This document shows, piece after piece, positions 19,294 through 28,697 of a stretch of DNA of 32,000 nucleotides. The notes beneath the pieces were generated by a model that searched no databases, was not told the origin of the DNA, and was given only the letters and a program-made list of their open reading frames with translations. Position numbers and translations under genes: made by a program. The stretch's first letter is position 1; each line of letters starts with the position of its first letter. The DNA is from Candidatus Chlorohelix allophototropha (lineage in GTDB: Bacteria > Chloroflexota > Chloroflexia > Chloroheliales > Chloroheliaceae): NCBI RefSeq assembly GCF_030389965.1, contig NZ_CP128399.1:1508934-1540933 (forward strand), read 5' to 3'.

Positions 19294-19638
19294 CTAACCA
19301 TCTAACGCTTCATCCATTTCTTTGATGAGCTTTTGAAAGTTTGAAAGATCGGCGGTAGTTAACTGATGGTTGGTGGTAAGTTTTATCTCCTCTTGTCGCA
19401 CTACTTCAAACGTGTAATCTCCTTTATGTGCTGTTTTCTGCTCTGGATTACTGGCATAGGTGCGTGTGCAGCGCATATACCCCCCCGCGTCTACTAGAAA
19501 TACAGCTATATTTTTTCCGTGAGAGCGGCGAGCTTGCAAGATATTTGGTTCTTGCTCATCGTTAATAATGTCAAAACCGGCGTGCTCAAGCTCTTTTATC
19601 AGTATCGGGCGAGCGGTTGTTAAGTCAAAATCTGCCAT
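19294..19638 (-). CDS. Hypothetical protein
   Basis: 114 aa ORF with no recognised motif, in a tight gene context. Confidence 0.5.
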   Translation of the reverse strand: MADFDLTTARPILIKELEHAGFDIINDEQEPNILQARRSHGKNIAVFLVDAGGYMRCTRTYASNPEQKTAHKGDYTFEVVRQEEIKLTTNHQLTTADLSNFQKLIKEMDEALDG

Positions 19639-19662
19639 TCCTCAACTCCTTTAATTGTTTAT

Positions 19663-20694
19663 TCAGGAAAGAGCGGTACCGCTTGCCCAATCTTTTTCAA
19701 ATGTCGCGCTCACGTTCTTTATGATATTCGTATCAGTAAGGATAATGCCCAATTCCCGATTGCTATCTAACGATCCGGTTGAAACATTTTCAGAACCGAT
19801 AAATAATTGGGCATTATCCACCAGATAAATTTTAGCGTGCATATATGGCTTGCTGATAAGCCTGACCTGTCCACCGCCATCCTTGATTTGCTTTTCCCCG
19901 GCGTAGCTCTTGTCGGTTTGCCCGTTTACCTGCGGGGCTGCTACCAGCACCAGCACCTGCACTTTGTTCTTCACTGCGTTGACCAGATGCTGCTGGATTT
20001 TTGGGTCTTGTATTTCTTCCTGCTGCATCGCGATAGAGCTTTTGGCGCTGTCTATTAATGCCAGAATCTTTTGACGACTGTTGCTGTTGCTCCATACCAA
20101 TGACGAGTTGGCAGGTGGAACAAAACCGGTGCGATTCCAATCCGCGTTAAAACAATCTAGCACTTCTTTAACTTCACTTTGGTTAGTGGTAATGATGCCG
20201 TATTCGCGGTTGTTTTTAAACGCAGAACTGGTCATGTTCAGAGTCATGATAAAAGCGGCTTTACCGTCTACCACAAACGATTTTTCATGCGAATAGATAA
20301 ACACAGGGTTAGTCCACTTTACCTGAATACCGGCAGCCTGCAATGCTTTGAAAGCCGAGTCGTTTCCGGTGCCGCCCCCATAAGGATGCTGTTCCAGCAT
20401 AACTCGCACTTTCACACTCGGTCTTTTTGCAGCCTGTATCAGATGATTGATTATATCCTGAGATATAAGCAGGTACATTTTCAAGTCGATGCTGCTTTGT
20501 GCAGTGTCGAGCGCGTTGAGAATCACCTTTTCGCCGTCATCGGGTTCAGTAAACAACGTGTGTGTGGCTATTTTGGTATTGGAGGCGGTATCCAAAGTGG
20601 CAAGTCTTTGTTTTGAGGGAATAACATTCCTGCCAAAACCGGGCATACTTAATATAGGTGCAAGCAACATTGCCAGCAAGGTGTTTTTGAACAT
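19663..20694 (-). CDS. Secreted phospholipase D-like protein (two HKD motifs)
   Basis: N-terminal signal-like MFKNTLLAMLLAPILSMPGFG. HEKSFVVDGKAAFIMTLNMT and HAKIYLVDNAQLFIGSENVSTGSLDSNRELG (HxKx4D twice). Confidence 0.88.
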   Translation of the reverse strand: MFKNTLLAMLLAPILSMPGFGRNVIPSKQRLATLDTASNTKIATHTLFTEPDDGEKVILNALDTAQSSIDLKMYLLISQDIINHLIQAAKRPSVKVRVMLEQHPYGGGTGNDSAFKALQAAGIQVKWTNPVFIYSHEKSFVVDGKAAFIMTLNMTSSAFKNNREYGIITTNQSEVKEVLDCFNADWNRTGFVPPANSSLVWSNSNSRQKILALIDSAKSSIAMQQEEIQDPKIQQHLVNAVKNKVQVLVLVAAPQVNGQTDKSYAGEKQIKDGGGQVRLISKPYMHAKIYLVDNAQLFIGSENVSTGSLDSNRELGIILTDTNIIKNVSATFEKDWASGTALS

Positions 20695-20715
20695 ATTTAT
20701 GTTAAATCCTTACTA

Positions 20716-21516
20716 CTAAAGACAACTATTGGCTTTGTTTGACCACTCAAGTTGGACGGTATAATCTCCCAGTTTTTTGGTTTTCCAGGCGCAAATATCC
20801 CCGATCTCACCGTGAGTATCGTCGTACCAGCCCTGCCCCGGTACTGGATCGGTAATTGCTTCGCATAGTTCGTGCGAACTGGTAGAGGTGAGAGCATCAA
20901 GAGTAGCAAGGCTTCCGGTGCAGCCGGTACAATTTGGATAGGGCATTACAGCGTAGAAAATCTGGTTATTGATACCGTTGTGGTATCCGCAAAACGCCTG
21001 ACACGAACTTGAGCCGCCCTGTATAACTTTAACACCCGGTGGCATATAGATGAAATAAAGGGTATTAGGGTCGGGCGAAGGAAATGTTGAATTTGAAGTA
21101 ATCTGTAGTTGCAAATAATGTTGTATGGCGCTATCGGTTAGGCTGCGTTTCGTAGCGGCAGTGGGTAGAACCGCGCTGCCTACATGTTTGCCATGCCCTA
21201 TTTTGTACGCCGCTACGCTATATTCGGCTAATTGGTCGAGAAGTGGGCTGCTCAAAATATAATCGAAGAAGCCGTTGAGGTTTTGCGCCATCGCGCTACC
21301 GGCGGTAGTTTTCCAGTAGCCACCCCAATAAACGGTAAAGACTTCTACTGAAGCCAGCAGTGGTCCGTTGCGATAGGTAAGATGGGGGGGTGTAGCAGCG
21401 ATACCCGCTTCTTCTATGGGTTTGTTAACTTCTTCAGGAATATATAAGGGTACAACACGGACTGAATCTGTATGGTGAGGTAAAATATCTCGGTCATCAA
21501 GTGCTTTATGTGCCAT
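20716..21516 (-). CDS. EXORDIUM/phosphate-induced-protein-like protein with HELxEAITDP motif
   Basis: LTYRNGPLLASVEVFTVYWGGYW...FFDYILSSPLLDQLAEY and TSSHELCEAITDPVPGQGWYDDTHGEIGDICAW. Family assignment rests on pattern memory. Confidence 0.5.
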   Translation of the reverse strand: MAHKALDDRDILPHHTDSVRVVPLYIPEEVNKPIEEAGIAATPPHLTYRNGPLLASVEVFTVYWGGYWKTTAGSAMAQNLNGFFDYILSSPLLDQLAEYSVAAYKIGHGKHVGSAVLPTAATKRSLTDSAIQHYLQLQITSNSTFPSPDPNTLYFIYMPPGVKVIQGGSSSCQAFCGYHNGINNQIFYAVMPYPNCTGCTGSLATLDALTSTSSHELCEAITDPVPGQGWYDDTHGEIGDICAWKTKKLGDYTVQLEWSNKANSCL

Positions 21517-21616
21517 ATTTCGCTCCTGTAATACTAATAAGCGCTAATAGGTCTTTTAGTAAGTATAGCACATAATGTAGAAATATTAATATAAGATTAA
21601 TAAGGAAATTTGAGAA

Positions 21617-22123
21617 TTACTCTGGCTTTTTTGTTTTCAGGCTAAAAGGTTTTAGGCTGGTAACGCGCTTTACCTCGTAGGTAACTGAAGAAAGAGAAAT
21701 AAAGATTTCCCGCAAAGTAAGGGATACGCCGTAAATCACCGCGCAGATACCACCCAAAAAGACCAGCAATGCCAACGTAGCCAGCCATCCCTCATTTATG
21801 AAAAGTGCCAGCGCAATCACAAACATATCTCCGAGGAATATTACCATCGCGCTATAAACCCCGAAAACCGCATCATGACCGAGTTTGTGGCGCTGTAACA
21901 CTCTCGGTATTTGCTCGTCTATTTCGGCGATGCGTTCGATAGCGAATCCATCAGAATCAGGGGTACGCAACAATTCGAGCCGTTCGTGGGTCATGCTTCG
22001 CAAACGCTCGTTGATGGTGGCAAATCGGGTGAGCAATCCGTTCAGAATCACGGCGCAAGCGGTAACCATTACCACCGGGGCAATTATTAGTTGGATTGTG
22101 TTTATTACCGTCTGGGTGTTCAT
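21617..22123 (-). CDS. DUF2721 family membrane protein
   Basis: Start trimmed to MNTQTVINTIQLIIAPVVMVTACAVILNGLLTRFATINERLR. Overlaps the upstream gene stop as ATGA. Two further TM segments (VFGVYSAMVIFLGDMFVIALALFI, LATLALLVFLGGICAVIYG). Confidence 0.8.
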   Translation of the reverse strand: MNTQTVINTIQLIIAPVVMVTACAVILNGLLTRFATINERLRSMTHERLELLRTPDSDGFAIERIAEIDEQIPRVLQRHKLGHDAVFGVYSAMVIFLGDMFVIALALFINEGWLATLALLVFLGGICAVIYGVSLTLREIFISLSSVTYEVKRVTSLKPFSLKTKKPE

Positions 22124-22647
22124 GGTTTCATAAAGTTGTTCCAGTAAGGTTGCAAGTAATTTTTTTCGCGCATTTCGGATAGGTCGCGCTCTAGCAGTTG
22201 GGCGGGGGATAGGTTGGCGAATTTGCATGCACGCCCTACCAATGCCAATGCCTGCCTGATTCCGCTACTATCTCTCGAAACTGTCTGCTCGAACAGCAAG
22301 GCTAACTCCTCTGCCGGAAGTGTAGGCGCGTCAAAGCCTTCTAGCAAGGCAATATCCGGTTCTACTTCGCCATAACTGATTCCGCTCGATACTGCGTAAC
22401 ACACTGCCCAGTAGAATACCTCGTAGCCTTCCAGCACTACATCTTGCGGGAAGCCTTCATGCACATGTGTTCCTAGAACTACCCCTTTGAGTTCTTCCAA
22501 TTCTTCCAGCATACGCGCATGCTGCTTGTCTGAATTTCCGGCACGTATGCGTTTGCTCGTTCCGCTCTGTTCCGAAAAGTCGTTATCTCTCAAAAATTCG
22601 TAAACGCCCCAAGCAGCGCGACACATTTCCGCCAGATTATTTAGCAC
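22120..22647 (-). CDS. MazG-like (all-alpha NTP pyrophosphatase / HisE-like) protein, putative
   Basis: HARMLEELEELKGVVLGTHVHEGFPQDVVLEGYEVFYWAVCYAVSSGISYGEV resembles the EExxE...ExxD helix pair followed by the 'gls..dV' motif of MazG/HisE. Confidence 0.45.
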   Translation of the reverse strand: MLNNLAEMCRAAWGVYEFLRDNDFSEQSGTSKRIRAGNSDKQHARMLEELEELKGVVLGTHVHEGFPQDVVLEGYEVFYWAVCYAVSSGISYGEVEPDIALLEGFDAPTLPAEELALLFEQTVSRDSSGIRQALALVGRACKFANLSPAQLLERDLSEMREKNYLQPYWNNFMKP

Positions 22648-22713
22648 GACATATCCCCAATAATTATTAAATGGATTAACACAGATAGGCAGCAGATTAG
22701 TTGGATAAGAGTT

Positions 22714-23343
22714 TTAACTACTGATGGCTGTCCCGGTGATAAAAGGAAATATTGTCACTCGCATCACGCGCGAGGGACTAAAACCATTAGTGCGAAAGCC
22801 CGCCTTTTCGATAGCGGCATAGGTATCTCGGTTTAGGTGGCAACCCACCGCGCACACTTTCCAGAGCGGGGTGATGATGGTTTGTAGCCCTACTGAAATC
22901 CGCCCTTCCGCCCGCACGTGCTCAAAGAAACGCAGCTCTCCGCCCGGTTTCAGCACCCGCCGCACTTCCGCTAGGCTCTTTGCTAAATCGCCCACACTAC
23001 ACAGCACTAGCGTAGTTACCACATAATCAAACGAAGCGTTAGGGAAAGGCAAATTCTCTGCCCCTACTTGCAAGTATTCGAGCGGTAGGCGGTAGCGCCC
23101 GGTTTTCTGGCTCAGCTTTTGCAACATAAACTCGTCCGGTTCGGTCAGTACCAACTTCTGCAACAATTTCGGTTGGTAGTAGGGCAGGTTTGCACCTGTG
23201 CCTGCGCCCAACTCCAGTACAGTGCCACTAACCGTCTCTACCACTTTGCGTCGCTGCTCTTGGAAATATTTATTCTCTGCGCCTTCTAACGAACGGTCGT
23301 AAAGATGTGCCACTAGGGCGCGATATTTAGCGGATAGTTTCAT
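22714..23343 (-). CDS. Class I SAM-dependent methyltransferase
   Basis: Trimmed start MKLSAKYRALV (ATGA overlap with the hisI stop). VLELGAGTGANLPYY, LPFPNASFDYVVTTLVLCSVGD, EVRRVLKPGGELRFFEHV. Confidence 0.88.
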   Translation of the reverse strand: MKLSAKYRALVAHLYDRSLEGAENKYFQEQRRKVVETVSGTVLELGAGTGANLPYYQPKLLQKLVLTEPDEFMLQKLSQKTGRYRLPLEYLQVGAENLPFPNASFDYVVTTLVLCSVGDLAKSLAEVRRVLKPGGELRFFEHVRAEGRISVGLQTIITPLWKVCAVGCHLNRDTYAAIEKAGFRTNGFSPSRVMRVTIFPFITGTAISS

Positions 23344-23726
23344 ATTATTTGAGGCGGCTTCCAATCCGCGCGGCGATAATAGCAGCTTTTGTGTCCGGTG
23401 TGACAAGCGATTCCGCCCGCCAGATTCACTTTCAGCAAGAGGCTGTTTTCCTCACAATTGATAAAGAACTCCTGCACCAGCAGAAATTGTCCGCTGGTTT
23501 CGCCCTTGAGCCACAGGGTATGGCGGCTGCGACTCCAGAAATGCGCTTTTCCGGTTTGCAACGTGCGCTCGAAAGCCTCGCGGTTCATAAAAGCTACTAG
23601 CAGCACTTCGCCACTGTCCGCTTCTTGCACAATCGCCGGAATGAGATTCTGCCCGTCCCCTCCAAAATCGAGGCTAACCGTTTCTGTTCCTTCCGCACTC
23701 AGTGTTTCCAACGCTATTTTGCTCAT
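23340..23726 (-). CDS. hisI: Phosphoribosyl-AMP cyclohydrolase
   Basis: LIPAIVQEADSGEVLLVAFMNREAFERTLQTGKAHFWSRSRHTLWLKGETSG...DCEENSLLLKVNLAGGIACHTGHKSCYYR is the HisI signature. Confidence 0.93.
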   Translation of the reverse strand: MSKIALETLSAEGTETVSLDFGGDGQNLIPAIVQEADSGEVLLVAFMNREAFERTLQTGKAHFWSRSRHTLWLKGETSGQFLLVQEFFINCEENSLLLKVNLAGGIACHTGHKSCYYRRADWKPPQII

Positions 23727-24127
23727 TTTTGCTCTTGTTCTTTGATACTGCCCCGAATCAGGAATTCAACCAACAGTACCGGGGGAATCATGTAACCAAT
23801 CCGGCGTGAGGTGGGCTGAATAAAAACGCCCTTGCCGAACATGTGCATAGCAAAATCGCTCATTTCGGCGAGCATGCGGATTAGAATCCCCTGCTTTAAT
23901 CTTTGCGAATCCTTTGCTCGCACGATGAAACTGCCGATAATTACCTCCCGCAATGCCAGTATCCGCACCAGAACCAAACCGGAACGTTTTTTTGTATCTA
24001 CCCCTAGCAAAGAGCCAAGTTGACGCGGCCATGCCTGCAATAACCCGCCCAGTATCAGGAAGCCCCAGCCCATCAAGCGGGGAAGTATTTTTATAAATTG
24101 TGAAATCAAACGGTGATAGCCTTTCAA
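23723..24127 (-). CDS. Small hypothetical (membrane-associated?) protein embedded in the his operon
   Basis: 134 aa. Stop overlaps the hisI start (ATGA). GLVLVRILALREVIIGSFIV and YMIPPVLLVEFLI hydrophobic segments. Confidence 0.6.
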   Translation of the reverse strand: MKGYHRLISQFIKILPRLMGWGFLILGGLLQAWPRQLGSLLGVDTKKRSGLVLVRILALREVIIGSFIVRAKDSQRLKQGILIRMLAEMSDFAMHMFGKGVFIQPTSRRIGYMIPPVLLVEFLIRGSIKEQEQK

Positions 24128-24177
24128 TATTGTGTGCTTGAGTTGGTACGTATTATCGGTTTACAAGGGGCTTTCTT

Positions 24178-24936
24178 TCACAATCTCATCGGCAAGCCCT
24201 TGTCGTGTAGGTACTCTTTAGCCTGCCGTATGGAGTATTCACCGTAATGAAAGATACTTGCCGCTAGTACTGCATCGGCTTTGCCCTGCTCTACAGCTTC
24301 ATACAGGTGTTGCAGGTTGCCTGCCCCACCGCTGGCAATTACCGGCACGCTTACACTTTCCGAAATAGCGCGGGTGAGCGGAAGGTCGTAGCCGTTTTTA
24401 GTGCCGTCCGCATCCATGCTGGTAAGCAGAATTTCGCCTGCGCCTAGTTCCACCCCGCGTTTTGCCCATTCTATCGCGTCAAGTCCGGTAGGGGTGCGTC
24501 CGCCATGTAGGAACACTTCCCAACCGCCATGTTCACGCTTCTTGGCATCAATTGCCAGTACGATACATTGGCTGCCGAAGTGGTTTGCCCCTTCCGCGAT
24601 AAGCGCCGGATTTTGCACTGCCGCTGTATTGACTGAAACCTTATCCGCGCCCGCGTCCAGCATTCGCAGCATATCGTTAAGGGTGCGGATACCCCCGCCG
24701 ATGGTGAAAGGGATAAAAACCTGCGAGGCAGTATGCCGCACCATTTCTACTACTGTCTCGCGCCCGTCGCTGCTGGCGGTAATGTCGAGGAACACCAGTT
24801 CATCCGCGCCTTCTGCGTCATAGAAAGCCGCCAGTTCTACCGCGTCACCGGCATCGCGCAAGTTCACAAAGTTAGTGCCTTTTACCACGCGCCCCTCTTT
24901 TACATCGAGGCAGGGAATAATACGTTTGGTCAGCAA
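24178..24936 (-). CDS. hisF: Imidazole glycerol phosphate synthase cyclase subunit
   Basis: [52 protein letters not shown]...DGTKNGYDL...[13 protein letters not shown]. Confidence 0.97.
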   Translation of the reverse strand: MLTKRIIPCLDVKEGRVVKGTNFVNLRDAGDAVELAAFYDAEGADELVFLDITASSDGRETVVEMVRHTASQVFIPFTIGGGIRTLNDMLRMLDAGADKVSVNTAAVQNPALIAEGANHFGSQCIVLAIDAKKREHGGWEVFLHGGRTPTGLDAIEWAKRGVELGAGEILLTSMDADGTKNGYDLPLTRAISESVSVPVIASGGAGNLQHLYEAVEQGKADAVLAASIFHYGEYSIRQAKEYLHDKGLPMRL

Positions 24937-24953
24937 GATAAATACCTCTGGTT

Positions 24954-25655
24954 TTACAAAATTTCAGACAGTTTCAGGTCATTGGTGTAGAGCGCCTTGC
25001 CGATGATGACCCCTTCCGCGCCGGTCTCGCGCAGTTTCGCTATATGCTCGGCTTTGGCTACTCCACCACTGGCAATAACCGGCTTTTGCGCCGCTGCCAT
25101 AAAATCGCGCAATGCCTCATAATTCGGTTCGGTCAACGTACCATCGCGGCTGATGTCGGTATAGATAAAACGGGCTGCGCCACGCCGCGCCATTTCAGTT
25201 GCCAGCAGGGTTGCCGCTACATCTGAAGTTTCAGTCCAACCTTCCACTGCTACCAGACCGTTGCGCGCGTCAATGCCGATCACGATGCGTTCACCCCATC
25301 GTCTGCACAATCGCTCTGCTAGTTCGGTATTGCGCAGGGCTACAGTACCCAACACCACCCGCTCAACGCCTGCGCCTAACACTTCTTCCACGATTGCTTC
25401 ATCGCGGATACCGCCACCCAATTCCACCGGCAAACCGCTTGCTGCAATTATGCGCTCCACTATCGGCAGATTGACGGGCTTGCCCGCTTTTGCACCGTCC
25501 AAATCTACCAGATGCAGGTATTGTGCGCCCTGTTCGCGCCACTGTACCGCCACTTCCACCGGGTCATCGTTGAATACTGTTACTTGACTATAATCGCCTT
25601 GATACAAGCGTACACACTTGCCATCCTTTAAATCTATTGCGGGAATTATTAACAT
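24954..25655 (-). CDS. hisA: Phosphoribosylformimino-5-aminoimidazole carboxamide ribotide isomerase
   Basis: [36 protein letters not shown]...[12 protein letters not shown]...ELGGGIRDE...[14 protein letters not shown]. Confidence 0.97.
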   Translation of the reverse strand: MLIIPAIDLKDGKCVRLYQGDYSQVTVFNDDPVEVAVQWREQGAQYLHLVDLDGAKAGKPVNLPIVERIIAASGLPVELGGGIRDEAIVEEVLGAGVERVVLGTVALRNTELAERLCRRWGERIVIGIDARNGLVAVEGWTETSDVAATLLATEMARRGAARFIYTDISRDGTLTEPNYEALRDFMAAAQKPVIASGGVAKAEHIAKLRETGAEGVIIGKALYTNDLKLSEIL

Positions 25656-26296
25656 TGGGCTGCATACCTCAAAAAGTTAGAATAGAGTTGTAAACCAACC
25701 GGACCGCTTTTTTCCGGGTGAAACTGCACGCCAAACCAGTTGTCCTGTCCTGCTGCGCTGCAAAAGTTTACCCCATAATCGGTGATTGCCATGGTGTAAG
25801 GGCTATCCACCCCTCCGTTTGGGTCACAGTAATAGCTGTGAACAAAGTAGAAATAGCTACCGTCCGGCACATTCTCCCACAGCGGCGAGGGGCGAATTTG
25901 TTGCACCCGGTTCCAGCCGATTTGCGGAATTTTCAGTCCGCTTGATTCAGGAAAACGCCGCACCTCGCCCGGTAGCACGTTCAAACCCGCCGTATCGTTT
26001 TCTTCCATATGGGTAAACATTAGCTGAAAGCCGACGCACACTCCCAGAAAAGGGCGACCGCTGGCAACCCGCTCTTTTACCACATTATCTAGATGCGTAG
26101 AGAGCAAATTGCCCATGCATTGCCCCGCTGCACCTTGTCCCGGAAAGACTACTGCCGCTGCCTCGCGGATGTAGTTCGCGTCGCCTGTAATATCAACCGC
26201 CGCGTCCTCGAACCCTGCTAATTGCGCCGCTCGCTGCAAGGCGCGTTGTACGCTGCGCACGTTCCCCGAATTGTAATCAATTATTGCGATTTTCAT
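25649..26296 (-). CDS. hisH: Imidazole glycerol phosphate synthase glutaminase subunit
   Basis: MKIAIIDYNSGNVRSVQRALQ...FPGQGAAGQCM...PFLGVCVGFQLMFTHMEE...YYFVHSYY...GVQFHPEKSG. Confidence 0.96.
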   Translation of the reverse strand: MKIAIIDYNSGNVRSVQRALQRAAQLAGFEDAAVDITGDANYIREAAAVVFPGQGAAGQCMGNLLSTHLDNVVKERVASGRPFLGVCVGFQLMFTHMEENDTAGLNVLPGEVRRFPESSGLKIPQIGWNRVQQIRPSPLWENVPDGSYFYFVHSYYCDPNGGVDSPYTMAITDYGVNFCSAAGQDNWFGVQFHPEKSGPVGLQLYSNFLRYAAQC

Positions 26297-26325
26297 CTGT
26301 GATCATTTTCTATTTAATTATGCTT

Positions 26326-26383
26326 TTCGCTTCAGGCAAGGGGCTTAAGCCCCTTGTCTCTATGCTAGGTTCTTTCTGTTCCA
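26326..26383 (-). terminator. Nested hairpin region containing a 20-bp perfect palindrome
   Basis: CAAGGGGCTTAAGCCCCTTG (26337-26356), bracketed by TTTCGCTT and AAGCGAAA which can form an outer stem. Sits between the RidA-family and hisH genes. No clear U-tract. Confidence 0.4.
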
Positions 26384-26399
26384 AGCGAAAGTCCTGTTA

Positions 26400-26825
26400 T
26401 TAATTCGGTAACAGGGCGATTGCCTCAATCTCGATCATAAAAGACGGACTAGCCAACTTCGTTATCTCTATTGTAGTAATGGCGGGTGGTTTTTCCATAT
26501 TGATATACTGATTGCGAATATCGCGTAGTATCGCTAGGTGCGACATGTACAGTAAGTAAATATTGAGCTTGACCACCTCGTTAAAGGTTGCGCCTACCGA
26601 TTCCAGCGCTACTCTCAGGTTATTAAAAACCTGATGAGCCTGTAGCGCGAAATTTGAACCCCCCACTAATTCACCGTTCCAGTTTACCGGAACTTGCCCT
26701 GAAATATATACCGGACGACCGCTTAAAACCTCTACCACATGCGAATATCCTAATGGTTTGGAGAGACCGGATGGGTTGATAAACCGCGCTTCCGGCGGTA
26801 GTTTGTCAATCATTGTAAATCTCAT
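26400..26825 (-). CDS. RidA family (YjgF/YER057c/UK114) protein
   Basis: GYSHVVEVLSGRPVYISGQVPVNWNGELVGGSNFALQAHQVFNNLRVALESVGATFNEVVKLNIYL...PAITTIEITKLASPSFMIEIEAIAL. Confidence 0.92.
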   Translation of the reverse strand: MRFTMIDKLPPEARFINPSGLSKPLGYSHVVEVLSGRPVYISGQVPVNWNGELVGGSNFALQAHQVFNNLRVALESVGATFNEVVKLNIYLLYMSHLAILRDIRNQYINMEKPPAITTIEITKLASPSFMIEIEAIALLPN

Positions 26826-26861
26826 TTCTATTTATTTAAGCGGCACATTTTGCAATCCGCT

Positions 26862-28046
26862 TTATTTATCTTCACCCAACTGCTGTTTGAGTTTGACCAA
26901 CTGTTCTGTAGAAAGCCGATCCAATCTCACACTGAAAAGCTCAATAAAGCTGTCAAGACTGTAGCCTACCAGAAAAGCCGTCACCGGGGAAATGCTCTCG
27001 ACTCCCACCGTAAACGCCATTCCGAAAAGCCCTACCAATATGATAAGATACTTGAGCATTATCATACCGAATTTGACATCAATCAAAGTACCAAGTGTAC
27101 CGAAAGATAATACCGAAGGCAACTCAACATTGCGTTGGCTCTCTTTGTAAACCGAAATCAAAAGATGTACTAGCACCCCCGCGCCAATCGATCCCCAACC
27201 GGTTAAAAAGGTTATTAGGTTAGCGGGTTGGAAAGGCCAGTTGGGAAGAGCGACAAATTGAGCGGCGATGCACAGTATAAAGATAAAGGCTAATGATATT
27301 GCGGGTACTACCGGGAAAACAAAGCCCCATTTTGCCAACCTGTCGGATTTTTTGCTGCAACGGTACACTAACCCTTTTGCGGTTTCAAACCACGCATCCG
27401 GGAGTATATCGGGTTGCAATGCAAAGAGGGTAATTAATTTATTGCGGTCTTCGGCGTAAGGTACTTCATCCTCGAAAACTCGGTGAAACGGCACATAATA
27501 TTCGGCTTTGGTTCGACCTAACCACTTCGCAAGGCGAGTCGGAATGGTCTGATATCCTATCAGAAATTCTACTGAGCGGGTAATTCGCTCAATTTGGTTC
27601 AGGCATTTTAATTGCTCTTGCGCTTCCAGCTTTCCGTCTGGTTTTGCCAGAACCGGATTATATTTTAGCTGTTCCCACAAGTTTAAAAGTTTGCGGATGC
27701 TCTCTACCTGATCCGCTTCTGCTAATAATTCTTGCTGTTCTAGGTCGGCAGTTATTTTATTCAGGTTGTCATAGGTCAATTTCAGATAGGTAGCCTGTGT
27801 ATCGAGCGATTCTTCTCCTTTGCGAACCACCTCTAACGCAGTGCGCATATCCTGAACTTCCGCCCGGTACTGGTACAACAACTTGATAAGCGCTTCGTTG
27901 AACTGATAATTATTTGAAGGTAGCCTATTGCCTTGTTGGTTGCCATCAATGGGCGTTGCCATGAGCGAAGTAGCAACAGCCGATTTTGGAATACTACCTA
28001 TTGGTGGCTGGTTAGGAGTTATACCTATAGACATTTTACCTGACAT
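26862..28046 (-). CDS. Uncharacterised coiled-coil plus C-terminal multi-TM protein
   Basis: 394 aa. Helical N-terminal half (AEVQDMRTALEVVRKGEESLDTQATYLKLTYDNLNKITADLEQQELL) and three hydrophobic segments near the C-terminus. Confidence 0.65.
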   Translation of the reverse strand: MSGKMSIGITPNQPPIGSIPKSAVATSLMATPIDGNQQGNRLPSNNYQFNEALIKLLYQYRAEVQDMRTALEVVRKGEESLDTQATYLKLTYDNLNKITADLEQQELLAEADQVESIRKLLNLWEQLKYNPVLAKPDGKLEAQEQLKCLNQIERITRSVEFLIGYQTIPTRLAKWLGRTKAEYYVPFHRVFEDEVPYAEDRNKLITLFALQPDILPDAWFETAKGLVYRCSKKSDRLAKWGFVFPVVPAISLAFIFILCIAAQFVALPNWPFQPANLITFLTGWGSIGAGVLVHLLISVYKESQRNVELPSVLSFGTLGTLIDVKFGMIMLKYLIILVGLFGMAFTVGVESISPVTAFLVGYSLDSFIELFSVRLDRLSTEQLVKLKQQLGEDK

Positions 28047-28094
28047 CCTCTCACAAGAGTTTTGAAATATTTATTTTCGAATGTCCCGGATTTA

Positions 28095-28697
28095 CTACTC
28101 GATAACGCCTTTGGTACTGGGCAGCGAGTCGCTGACAATGCGCGCCGATTCTCGCAGCGCTTGGGCGAAACTCTTGAAAACTGCTTCAAGGATATGGTGC
28201 GCGTTTTTGCCGCGTATTTTATCAATGTGCAACGTTAAACCGGAATTGAACGCGACCGCTCGGCAAAACTCCTCAATTAGCTGGCAATCGAACTGCCCCA
28301 CTTTATCCGGCAAGCCCTCTATCTCATACACCAGAAAGGGGCGACCGGATACATCCAGCGCGGTACGTACCAACGTTTCATCCATCGGTACATATGCATG
28401 TCCGTATCGCTGAATACCTACCTTATCACCAAAAGCCTGTTTGAGCGCCTGTCCTAGCGCAATACCCACATCTTCAACCGTATGATGGTCATCAATCCAA
28501 GTATCCCCTTTAGCTTTGATGTTTAAAGTGAGGTTGGCGTGCTTGGCGAACAGCGTTAGCATATGGTCAAAGAAACCAACTCCGGTGGTAACAGTACATT
28601 TACCGTCACCGTCTAGGTTCAATTCTACCAAAATGCTGGTTTCCAGTGTATCGCGCTGTATCCGTCCGCAGCGTCCCGCCTCTATCCTCGGTTCCAA
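28095..28697 (-). CDS. hisB: Imidazoleglycerol-phosphate dehydratase
   Basis: TGVGFFDHMLTLFAKHANLTL, GDTWIDDHHTVEDVGIALGQAL, HHILEAVFKSFAQALREA is the HisB metal-binding signature. Confidence 0.97.
   Translation of the reverse strand: MEPRIEAGRCGRIQRDTLETSILVELNLDGDGKCTVTTGVGFFDHMLTLFAKHANLTLNIKAKGDTWIDDHHTVEDVGIALGQALKQAFGDKVGIQRYGHAYVPMDETLVRTALDVSGRPFLVYEIEGLPDKVGQFDCQLIEEFCRAVAFNSGLTLHIDKIRGKNAHHILEAVFKSFAQALRESARIVSDSLPSTKGVIE

Noticed and set aside
22124-22228. N-terminal extension of the DUF2721 ORF (MQIRQPIPRPTARARP...)
   Set aside because: It overlaps the upstream gene and is low-complexity basic. The MNTQTV start with ATGA overlap is much more likely.
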